The translations under genes and the position numbers were made by a program. A stretch of 64,000 bases of DNA from Pocillopora damicornis (lineage: Eukaryota), in contig NW_020847681.1 in assembly GCF_003704095.1 (NCBI RefSeq), positions 124,001 through 188,000 of the forward strand, read 5' to 3'. The notes below the pieces were generated by a model that was not told where the DNA came from, made no database searches, and worked only from the letters and a program-made list of their open reading frames with translations. Shown piece after piece: positions 50,761 through 62,351 of this stretch (its first letter is position 1; the number at the start of each line of letters is the position of its first letter).

Positions 50761-53522
50761 AATTTGCATATTGTACAACATAATGAGTATATCCAATATA
50801 CTCATTGAGAATATCCAGTTTATGGTCCAATGTCAACATTCCTGTACCGACGAAACCTGCATTAACTCACACGCGATACAGCTAGCTAACAGCAAACACA
50901 AATATAAACGTAAACATGGAAGTGTGCTACTCAGCCACAAACTTCTTACAAAATGGCCACGTTCAGTAAAAACGTATCTAAGACTAAGAACGTCACGTGG
51001 GTTGAGGAAAGTTTTTTTTCCGACGCGTTAGGAACCGTGCTGCCAGAATCATCTTTCCTGAGTGCGTTCATTGAATTTATACTAGAAACATTGTGTCAAT
51101 TGTACCAGAAACACAACAGAGGATGACATCTTTTATATTTTTCTTTGTTTTTTTTATTTTATTTAGTATGCCATTACAAACGTACCTCTCTTACCACACG
51201 GTTTCCTATAAATTGAAGGCCAAATCTAAGTTTAAGTCAGAAAACAAAAACGCTTTAGGTTTTGAAGCAATTATCATCAAAATCTGTTAAGGTACGTTTT
51301 TAACAACAGGAACGCTTTATAAGACAGTAATGACAACAGCTTTATAAGTTCAAAACATTTTACAAAGGGTGCCCAGGGCAGCTGTTAAAATTGTTAAGAA
51401 AATTAAAGGTTAATATCCTATTATCAGCATTCTTTTATAAGTTTAGTGTTTTTTTCTTCGGGACTATTTCTCGTCAACAGATGCCCGCTTTTCTTGCGTG
51501 GCATCCAAAGACCGATAGATAAGTATTTCATGCAATAGCCGCAAGCCCGTTGGATTCGTGATAGTGCGGTCGTTATGAAGACAAACAACGATTCCAATTA
51601 TCAGGTGCCTACAGTTACGAAGCTTGCGATGAATGAATGACTTCAATACACAAAAGGTTTGCGGTTGCTTGTTGCTTCTGTAGTAGAATCAGTATATTGA
51701 AACTCTGGCACAAAATGGGAAAGAAAAACCTCATTAACAGCTATCTTTCCAATCAGTATTCCGCATGGTATTGAACTGTACTTCTCTAGAGAATCTTATC
51801 TCTAGTTCCCTTAGGCACGAGGACACTTTAATGCGGAGGTCAGTTCTGCTACCTTCCGAAATAACTCAATTAACAATCATTTTTGCATTTAAATACGGGA
51901 GCTGTTTCATAACAAAAATGATAATACATTTCGCTAGTTGTCTGTAGGAGAGCCGCCTAAATTTTCTCGGCCCTAATAACATTACACACTGAAACATGAC
52001 ACAATCATTGATTGGAGCTTGCACCTGTCCACACGACACGTTATTACTGCTGTGGACACTTTACTAATCAATTTAAAATAACTTTGAGTAAGACATTTAG
52101 CTGGATTGAGTTCTTATATTTCCTATTATTGAATTATAACTGTTTTAACTTTGATTTCTAAGGGTGGTGAATGAAATTATCCGAAGACTAATATATGTTG
52201 TTTGATGTGCAGTTTTCTCTAATTAACCTAGCACGTGGTTTGATTGACTTTAAACTGGCTTGGTTTAGTAAAATATGGAGAAGAACCCTCGCTAAGTAAC
52301 TATTTTCAAAACGCTAAAAAAACAGGGTAACACTTTTTCCTTTTCTAACGCGAAAAAGTGATAATTTGAAAATTCAACTGCATGGATCATTAATGCACAG
52401 CAGCTCCCAAGTTGGTACAGAAGTTTACATTTCTCTCGTTCTGGATTGCTCCTCATTAGAGTTATCGAGGGTGCTGACTATGAACTAATTAACTCTAAAA
52501 TAACAGCGATCTTATTTGTTTACTAAGAGAACAAAGTATAGGACAATGGCTAATTCTACCACTGTTGACTGATCGCTTATTACTCTTCGATTGAGAACCA
52601 AAACCTCATGATTCTGATGTGCAGAGAAGCTCTGAGTCGAATGATTGGATGTGCTACTTAAAAAATACATGCTTATGTCTGCTCCTAATGTGTCATGCAA
52701 TCGGTTTTTAAATAGATGATCTGATAGGAAAAAGTGAGTGGTAATGAATTCATAATCAAACTATACTGGAGAGATAACAACAAAACTACTGACCGAAACA
52801 TATCCACCCATACTGATCAGCAGACAATAGCAATACCCTTTTTCATTTCTTTTGTCCCCCAAACTGTTTTCTTTGTTTCTCAATTTCATTCGAAGGACCG
52901 CGTAATGAGTCACGAAAACATGAATTCGGCAAATTTTACCAAGGATTTTACTCCACTACAGCACTCGAAAGCACACGTTAAACGAATGACGATTACGCGC
53001 ATTTACTAAATTCACTTGAACAGCAATAACACAAAACGAAAAGGGTGAAGTAAATTAAATGGGTCGCTGATGTAGCAGCTTTCCCCATTGTTAAATAGGT
53101 GGATAGATAGAAATATAACTAAACAAACTTCCACTCCTTTAGTTAGTGTTGACGACAGATGCATCTACATTCCCCTATGTTTGGTAATGTTATCATATTG
53201 GCCGATGCTTCCCCATCTGTATCGCCTTATGTCCAACCGAATTGATTTTAAATACACGGCCACAGATTGAAAAAAGATGATGCCTTTTTTTTTTGAGCTA
53301 GAGAGCGTGAGTTACCTAAAGCTTTATGTGAAGACTTAAATAGTTCATGGAAGTTCTTGTTTTTTGTAAATCAAAGTCGACACAAACTGGACAGAATGCA
53401 CATGATTTCCCAGTTTATTGTAACACTGATCAGTTTACTCATAAGTTTACATAGTATTATTTCCGATAAATTCGTAAAGTATCATGACGGTAGTAACTTG
53501 TCGACATCGCCAGTGTCCTACG

Positions 53523-54112
53523 TCAATCGTCTTCCTGTGCTTGATAATCGCAATCCAGATATCGTGCGGCCTCACACAGCGTTCGACGGTAGCTTTGCTC
53601 CTAGGAACAGCAGAGATAACGTTTTTCCCGTTGAAGCGAAAGTCTCTTTTAAAGCGGAAACATAAAAATGGTTATTGGTCCTTGACGACGTTAATCTTAG
53701 GGAATATATTTCGGATAAAGGTTATCTTACATTAATAACTTGATTTAGATGTATTTTCACTTTGAAGTCTTTCACGAAACGCGTTGAATATGTGTTGTTA
53801 CAAACGCATTTTAAGTTTGTTGAATGCCTTTACTCCATTTTCAGTACCTTTAGGTATACGTTTGGTCAATAAGGACATTTTTCTTTTTCCCACCTATGTG
53901 GAAATTCTTTTGAAAGGGCAGCTGGGGAGTAAACAGTAAAAATACGTGAATCATCGTGAAAATCAGGCAGTTACCTTATTGAGAGCGACGCTCTTAACTT
54001 TCTTGATACTTCTTCCTTTCGAGGTGCTCCATGGTACCGCAGCATCACTCTCCTGCATTCCTGAGGCCACAATTAGAATGGCAACTATCACAACTACAGC
54101 CTTTAAGTTCAT
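53523..54112 (-). CDS. Small secreted peptide precursor A (71 aa): signal peptide, AVPWSTSK-G-R, C-terminal TLCEAARYLDC module
   Basis: Exon 1 54112-53975: MNLKAVVVIVAILIVASGMQESDA|AVPWSTSKGRSIKKVKSVALNK (donor AAG|GTAACT). Exon 2 53600-53523: EQSYRRTLCEAARYLDCDYQAQEDD* (acceptor ttcctag|). TATATAAA on - at 54203-54196 and AATAAA on - at 53419-53414. Paralog at 60752. Confidence 0.85.
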
Positions 54113-54195
54113 CCCTTTTTATCTGGTCTCGACAGGTTATTCTTTGGTTCTATGCACACTTCACACTCTGGTTATAGCGCCTTTTTCCTTGGGTA

Positions 54196-54203
54196 TTTAT
54201 ATA
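54196..54203 (-). promoter_or_regulatory. TATA box of peptide precursor A
   Basis: TATATAAA on the minus strand, ~85 nt upstream of the ATG. Confidence 0.6.
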
Positions 54204-57200
54204 TTTTTTACGTGTAGAAATGATTCGACACGAACATGTTAATTATTGCTGATTGACAATAGACTTACCGCAAGTTATCATAATTATTTAACTAGAGTGG
54301 ATAACAAAGGTGAAAATAACTATTATCAGCATTTGATATCATGAAAAAGAAACATTAATAATGTACGATGAGACTGCTAAAAACGTCAAATCAAAGAATC
54401 CGTTATTACTGAGGAATAACGCCTGAAATGTTATGATTTTAGTTGGAGTCCTCACTAAACTGCTGTCAGTTACGACGAGAAACCTAAGAAAAGACAACCC
54501 TATTTAAACAAGAAAATGTTATCCAATATTTTAATGTGGCTTGCTTTTTCTATTTTTGATGAGGAAATTTGTCCAAATTACGTTTTATTGCAATAGTTAC
54601 TGGGAGCGCACTTGTTTTCATGTGGCAGATTAACACTTGTGAAACCTTAACCATACTCATTTAATGACTCGGTACCGAAAATGCTTTGTAAGATTTTTAC
54701 AACAGGGTTCCAGGGTTATTTCAGCCATTTATTCATCATAAAACACCGAAAACTGACAGTTCAGAGTCTTAGACAATCAAGATGAAACCATGCCTATCTC
54801 CAATTCTCTCTGTACAAATCGTACAAATCCAGCAACGATATAGGCGAACGTTAGATTAAGATGACCTTTTTCCAGTTTTCTCCTGGTATTAGCCGTTTGC
54901 GCCGGCTAAAACAGCTTTCCTGTGAAAGACCCTAATCATATGCAGGGTATCGAGGTTGTAATCCGCCGCTGACTTAATTTCCATTTTACGCGACGAAAAG
55001 GGACTTGTTTCAAGATGGAAGTCCTGATATCAACTTCCTTTGTATAACTCGCTTTTTCTTACAAGAAATGGTCTTGTTTACTTTTCTATAAGTTTCTTAA
55101 GATACTACAAGTAAAATTTTGTTCCTTCTCACTCTTGTAAGACATGCGTTTTTCCATGGGTGCCGTTAAAGTTTAACATTTTTAGCCCTATAAGACCACA
55201 GATGAAATAGGCCAAGACTGAACGAAATATGTCATTTCAAAAACTACCAACTCCTGAAAATATTTTCAAAAAGATTATGGGTCCGAGAAGTTTTCAAGTC
55301 TTTACCGAAAGGCACGCACGCCAGGCGCTCGAGAAAACCACTTTCAGAATCATTTTCCAAATTACTCAACAACCCTGCTGCTCTCTGAAGACGCTATTTG
55401 TCATTGGGTGAAAAGCTTTAGAATGCGCGAGGCAGTCAAAATAAAGACGCTGTGGCCTGTTGTTAATACTTTTGTACCAGCTGTTGGTTTGCTTTATGAG
55501 AACGTAAATAATGACTATTCGTAACTATCCGCTTCCCGACTAGACTTCAATGCTAGATAACACTCAAGGATATCAAAGAAATATATATGGAGTGACAATT
55601 AAGACGCTTGGTTTCCTATCAAAATTGAGTTGCCACACAAATCTAGCACTTGCCAACTCTTTGAGAATTCAGTGAATGTTTTGAAATATATAACCAAACC
55701 AAAGGACTCATTTTCTTTTCAGTTGAAAAGTAATGGTGGGAAAAACTCATGCAATGATTCTAAAAAGTTTTCCTGCCATTGTTATGTAAAAAGTTTTGTT
55801 CATAAAAACTCAAAGAGGAAAAATGCGTTATAGTTTTGGTTTTACTTATTTGATATTTCCTTATGTTTAGAATTCTGCGACGTGTAGCCTTTACGGCGTT
55901 CTTGCCGTGGGGAGTTCCGAATACTCAGTTTTTCTATTTATCTTGGTTTAGCAGCAACCTTCATTATTTGTACGTTGGCAAAATGTTTTGCATCAGTCAG
56001 CTCACTGTTTTTCATATAAATTTACCATATTATATGGTGATTGCCGTAATCTTTCAAAAGATTATTAATGGTGATGAGATTGACGGGAATAAGATCTTTC
56101 GTCGTGTTTTAATAAGAAAAATATGAAGCCAGTTTTCAAAAATGAAAAGCATTTGATGCCTCACACCTTTTTTACACTTGCTTTTTTTAAATATAAGATC
56201 GTAGGCCACAGACCAAACGGAATTGAAAGTTTCTGCTCTTTATCTGGTTAGCTTTCTCTAGACTTCGTTCGTAAACAATAATTCTTTATTTAACATAAAG
56301 ATTTTTATCTTTTGGATATCAAACGAAATCTTACTATATGATGTTTCATGAAATATTTAAAGAGGCAAGAATGCAAAATCGGAGACAAAAGTACACATTT
56401 TAGGAATAATGTTTCAAAAGTGACGAAATTTCCTTTGGAAATGCTTTCTAGAAGTTGATAATCACTGGAGACCGACATCTGTGGCTGGTCTCCTACTTGT
56501 TTATTACGTGTTTAAAATAAAGATTATTCGAAAAAAAGTTACTAAAACAAAGCAAACGCGATTTTTGGAAGAGACTGTTAAGTACCGTTATCAGTCCACC
56601 TTTGCATACAGTCCCTTCATTATCGTCGTTAATTGCAAAACTTGCATGTTTTTGGGTTAATGATGTTTTTTTGTTTCAGTTTTAAGTTAAAAAGTTGTCG
56701 TATCAAAGCCAATTAATCTTAGTAATCTATTTTCGTGTATATTTATCGAAATTGTTTTATAAAGTATTTGAATGAGGAAATTTTTGTTACGAAAAGAAAC
56801 CTTCACTAATTAACATCAAAACAATAACCTAGCAGTGAAAATTGTTACAGGCGCTAAGACCCCAGAACTACTTTCATTTGGGCAGATGTTACCCGACACT
56901 CAGTGAACTGTTACATTATTATTCCACCATCCTACCATTTCATTACACTGGGAAAACAAGTACGTTAAAAATATGCGTAATACATTGTAAAACAGGGTCA
57001 AAATACGGGACGAAAACGGAGCAACAAAGACTTTGAGGCCGCGCTGAAAGAGGCTTAAGCATTTCAGCAACGAACATTTAAGCGCATCAGATCATAAAGA
57101 ACACTAATGGTTTCTAAGTGTTGTTTTTCGTCTTTCGCGCCTTGTCCGATCGATACGATGCCCAGATAAGGCCGTAGGGTGTATTTCGAAAACTAGAAAC

Positions 57201-60200
57201 CCAAATACTAGAAAATGGAGTTACTAGCGGAATAGTGAACCCGTCATTCAATGACACTTTGCCCGTATTTTTACACGCCCCTCCGTGGCTCGGAAAACAC
57301 AATACGTTACAACTCGCAAAATATCTGCGCGTATTCTATGACAAACCATTGAATAAGGTGTAGACATCCGATCTTTGTTGAGTACACGGAGTATTCACTG
57401 AAACAAGCGTCACCTTAAGGAAAGATATAAAAAAAACTCCAAAGAATGAATTTGAACTAAATAGAACCAGGATGGTAAAGGATACCCCGTAAATGACGAG
57501 ATAAAAATATTTTCCCAAAATTGTTGGTGATATCAGCTGTGACTCAGCACCTTCTGAGGGTGACATGATGATAGCAACACACTTACCGTCATTCAAGAGT
57601 TTTAGGCCAAGTTTATTTTTACTATGAGTTTAGTCATTCTTTCTAAAAATTCACACAGTTCTTGAAGCTTTTCTCTTGCTGGGCTAACAAAAGAGAGCCG
57701 AGGGCTTTTTTTTTATTCCAATATCAACTAGCATTCTATTTTTTCACTGGGACTCTGATCCATCTTCCAATACTCGACTACAATCAATGTCACGTACAGC
57801 TGCGCACAGGTTCCGCTTGTTGTCGAGTGGAAACTTCTAGAAAGAAGAAAAGCAGGCTGTTAGGCTTACAGGGTCCTCCTTTACAGCTTTTCAAATACTG
57901 TTTTATACACACGACGAATAATATGTTCCACTTTTACGTTGAGTCTACCACCAAGACTTCCATAGTCATTTTGTAATTAGTAAATTTGTTGCTAGCATTA
58001 AAAGGGAGCATGATTAACATGGTTCTTGGGATCTTGCCACTCTAATAGGTAAATTGAAGTACCAAACCTAAAGACTTAAAGATAATTTTTCGGTATTCAA
58101 AAACCATTTATAATAGTACCTTCCTATGCAACTCATTATCTTGATTTTCTCTCTTGGCCTTTTTGGTGGGAGTCTGCCAAAGTGTTCCGATTCCTTCAAC
58201 TTCCTGTACTTGTAAGGTCAATATCACCACATAAAAAAGCATCAGGATACAAACTGACTTCATCGTCAAGGATGTGTGTTACCTTTAGTTGTCTTTTGCA
58301 GGCTGCGACAGTGTTTGAAGTTGTGTTTCAATTCGTTTCAGTGGATATTTATAAAGGCATAGGTACCATTCAGTCGGCGGGGTATAATCAGATTTGTCGC
58401 GTATCAGTAGAGTTTGGAGCGTCAGCTACTTCCTAAGCGCTTTTATGAGAACATCCCTGCCGAGGAGAAACAAAGCATGTGCAGCCAGTCCTGTGTGTTT
58501 CCAAACATCTGATAACTCTCACTCTGTGGACGGCGACATAATTAAACCACCCACCGACAAGAAGCGCAACTTGCCACTTGTTCTCTATGAATGCTTATCA
58601 CTAGCTAGTGCTAATAATGAACCACACCTTACACATAGGAAGACAAACTTCAAGTGATTTTTCATATTTTTTTTCATTTTTGCTTCCACTATTCAATAAT
58701 ATATATATATATAGTAGTTACATTTGCCTTTACATTTATTTTACATTCAGAGGTCACCACGAAATGATTCAAAATCATGGTAATATTCATATCCTATCGC
58801 TTTCAGTAATCTGGACGAAATATCACACAACGTAAAGTTCCAAGAGCTGCTTTTCGTAGAATTGAAAAGTAGTTTGAAAATATGCTTTCATTTTACACTT
58901 GGCTGTTTTCAATAAATCATCATCATTACTACTTCTCCTCTTAAGTGTTTGTAATAATTAATGAGATCTGTTAGTAGAACATCAACGACTCAAGATAACT
59001 ATCAATACTTCGAGTTTTATGGTCAGGTGTTTTGAATGAGACGCTATGAACACTTGCAATTACCGATAGTCAATCCTCGAAAATTCAAGCAAACTAAATA
59101 ACCAGCGTAAGGATTCAAACTTGCTTGATCTTATATGTCACATGCACTAGTTACTGATGAATTTCTTTGGAATCTAAATATGTTTGAGATCACACACATG
59201 AATTGCAGATAACTGGACATGCAGCTGCAACCCAAATCATAAAATTGTTTTCGATTTCCTTTGAAGTAATTCTGATATCTTTGCGGTCTCGTTTCTTATA
59301 AATAAAACACAGAAAATTCAAATTATTTTATTGCTTTTCATCTAAAATTAACTTGAAGTGTAAGCCTCAGGGTCCACCGGTAAGAGACAAACTTAATTGG
59401 TTTTCAACTGAAAAAACTGAAGGTTGACATGATATAGTATAACTTAAGAGAGAAACAGCCGGCCAAATTTCAAAAGCTTTCACTCTGAATACGTCTACCA
59501 ACTGCTGTGACATTGTGTGACCCTATACTATTACTTACTTCTAGAAACCATATTCGCTTAAAAAGAAGGAGAGAATGACGTTGGACATGCGCAAGTCACG
59601 ATTGTATTTTCTTTATTATGTCTCTATTTCTTCGAAAAATAATGACTATGGACTTTCTAACGAGTTAGCTTAATCGTTTCATTCCTTAGTAGTGTCATTA
59701 CAACGTTAATAATTCAAACGCACGTTTCAAAACATTTTGCCATCTTTTTAAAGCAGTGACAGACTTATGTCTGCTCTCGCCTACTTTGTGTTTTAAGGTA
59801 ATTCAAAAATCATTGACATTGCATGCACTCTGAAAATTGTAACTAAGTAAACTAATGTCGGAAATAGGAAGATAAAAATCTAACACACTCCTCATCAGTC
59901 AACAACAGAAGGCCGCCAGTCTTAAAATAATCTGTAAATAAGTAGAAGTTGATCTGGAATAAGATCAAGCCTGTCCGCCTGTGGATAACGCAGAACCCCC
60001 TGCTGTGGATTCTCATTTCTGTTATTTACCTTTGGCATAAAGGGACCGACATTTTGTTTGCAATATCATTATAAAAAGAAGGAAAATCAACAGAGAGTTA
60101 GTTTTAGTGGTTGATCGGGATAGGTAAACAAAAAAAATTGCGAACAATAGAAAAACCTGCGGATCTAAATGAGCATTATTCAAATATTGTTTTGAACCAG

Positions 60201-60632
60201 GTGCTTAAAGAGTGACTTCCTTTTTTATTTCACAGGATGGTGAAACATTCAACTTCTCCAGGAGAACTCGTGTTTAGTCAAATAAATTTTTAAGTATAAG
60301 CTCAGCAACTTGGGCATTTTCAATTACAACCAGTTTCACTACACCACTCTGCGAAATGTTTTTTGGAAGTTTGCATAGACACATTGGGATGATTTTCATG
60401 CTTGCACGAGTATCGTTAACTTAACAACTTTTCAGTTAGATTATTGATTGACTGTTGAGCAATTGGCTGCTTATGTCTTTTGTTTCTAATATCCAATGCT
60501 TTGATATGCCTTTTTTTTGCGTTCACTAATTTTTAATTCTCGTAAAAATTGGAGAGACAATCTGAAAGTGAACCAATTTCAAAAACTTATTTGTGTGCAC
60601 ATTATAACATTGAAGAGGTCACCTTAATCGTT

Positions 60633-60658
60633 CCAATGGCAAAAGGGGTACTATATAA
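60633..60658 (+). promoter_or_regulatory. CCAAT and TATA box of peptide precursor B
   Basis: CCAAT at 60633-60637 and TATATAA at 60652-60658, ~95 nt upstream of ATG 60752. Confidence 0.55.
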
Positions 60659-60751
60659 TGCCGTTAGAGCGAGTATTTTGTCAAGGCGCATATTGTGTCA
60701 AGTATCAACGTGCAGTGAAGTCAACAAATAGGTAAATTCAAGTGGCTGAGG

Positions 60752-61233
60752 ATGGCAGCGAAAGTGACAACTTTGATTTTCATTGCTATTACACTGTTAC
60801 TTCTGATATCTGAGGGTGATGGCTTCACTGGAACAGTTCCAGGGAAAAGGAACACCGCACCTGTAAGTTGTTTAAGAAGGAGAATTTGAAATAAAATGCC
60901 AGTCTTGTGTAATATTGCCCATTACTATATTCTGCTACTATCTCTTCTAAAGCTAATCAATAACTTAACTAACATTTGTTCTAACTGAATGCTTAAGTTA
61001 CTTTTTCCTAATCTGAATGAAAAAGCTTTTCTTCGTTTGAGCTGATTCCGTCTCCCTATGACACCAACAATACAGAAATATGGGTCTTTGCTAAGTTATT
61101 TTTTTAACATTAAAGTTATTTAATTTAGGGTGCTTCGCAGAACTACAAACGGAGTTTGTGCACCGCCGCCCGCAGTCTTGGTTGCAAACTGGAGGACGAG
61201 ACAATGATGAGGAGAGGTTATTTAATGGAATAG
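60752..61233 (+). CDS. Small secreted peptide precursor B (71 aa): signal peptide, FTGTVP-G-KR (predicted FTGTVPamide), C-terminal SLCTAARSLGC module
   Basis: Exon 1 60752-60862: MAAKVTTLIFIAITLLLLISEGDG|FTGTVPGKRNTAP (donor CCT|GTAAGT). Exon 2 61129-61233: GASQNYKRSLCTAARSLGCKLEDETMMRRGYLME* (acceptor atttag|). AATAAA at 61290-61295. Paralog at 54112. Confidence 0.88.
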
Positions 61234-61459
61234 TCTGAATCTTCGATATCGTAAAATCGCAAGGAAAAAGATTAAAGAGTAATGATGGAAATAAAACGAT
61301 TACAAGGTTAAGTTCTAAGTCTGCTCTTCATTTGTCAGCCCTTTTTTAGATCTATTGGTATTCACAAATGTAGAAGCCTAAACGAAAGTATCCAAAAACG
61401 ATTAGACGTCTTAGGGAACTTCGCACGGCTCATCGTTAAAACCCAGCCAAAATATGACG

Positions 61460-61660
61460 TAACAGATTCCATGTTATCGAGTGACAGATGACGTCAAAAT
61501 GTGGTAAGAACAAATAAGAGGCATACAAGCCGCAGCCAAGTGTCATTGACATTCTTACCACATTTTGACGTCATCTGCGATCTATAACTGAACAGAAGCA
61601 CAGCCGCATGAAATCTGTTTTTATTCTGCGCCTGTTCTACTACAGATCATAAGTGAGAAC
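61460..61660. mobile_element. Palindromic MITE-like element
   Basis: Perfect 26-bp inverted repeat CAGATGACGTCAAAATGTGGTAAGAA at 61485-61510 / 61552-61577, plus outer imperfect arms aacagattccatg (61461) / catgaaatctgtt (~61607). Confidence 0.75.
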
Positions 61661-62351
61661 CAATTAAAGATGTTGAATTCGAAGCTCGGAAATAAAATGA
61701 ACAATATTTTTTTCGTTTTGACACGAACGTGAGACACGTATTTGACCAGACGCAAAAACATATTTTAATTCATTTCTTAGCTTTCAATTCGCCATCTTTC
61801 TTACGCTTTTGCCTCACAAGAAGCTCTCGACATCGTCGATCCTAGTAGGATACATGTCACATATCAACCCAATGGCTCAGTGGTAAAGCCTAAAAGGAGA
61901 ATCTTTACCAATGATCTGTCGGGTCATCAGTTTAGACCAAAAGCAACGACTGATGTCAATTTTCCCCTACACAGACCATCCTAACGTAAAATTACATCAT
62001 AGAGATATGATAATTCGGATGTATGTTCATTCTTAGTCGGCCTTTTTCCTTTACAAAATCGACGTTCATTAAAACAGGTAATTGGTTTACTCCATAAATT
62101 TATCTTTTGAAAGAGATTTTAGCGAGTAATTCACTTCACCTTCAATGTGAAGACATGATACTCGCTGAACACTCCTCAATCGACTGTTCGATGATACTTT
62201 TGCAAGAGAATTTAAACTCTTGATTTGTGTTGTTGAATTGTTACCGCCGTGAAAAAATAAAATAATCGTTTTGATTTTCAATGGAATTGAATTGAATTCT
62301 CCAGGATGTTTTCAGAGGATGAATCTTTAAATTCTGATCCCAGATTTTCCT

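Noticed and set aside
51470-51570. Possible third, degenerate CxAARxLxC exon (…HAIAASPLDS*)
   Set aside because: Both Cys are absent and no signal-peptide exon was found upstream; the similarity is within chance.
57336-58657. Short ORFs between the two peptide genes
   Set aside because: No signal peptide plus GKR architecture, no consistent splice structure and no recognisable domain.
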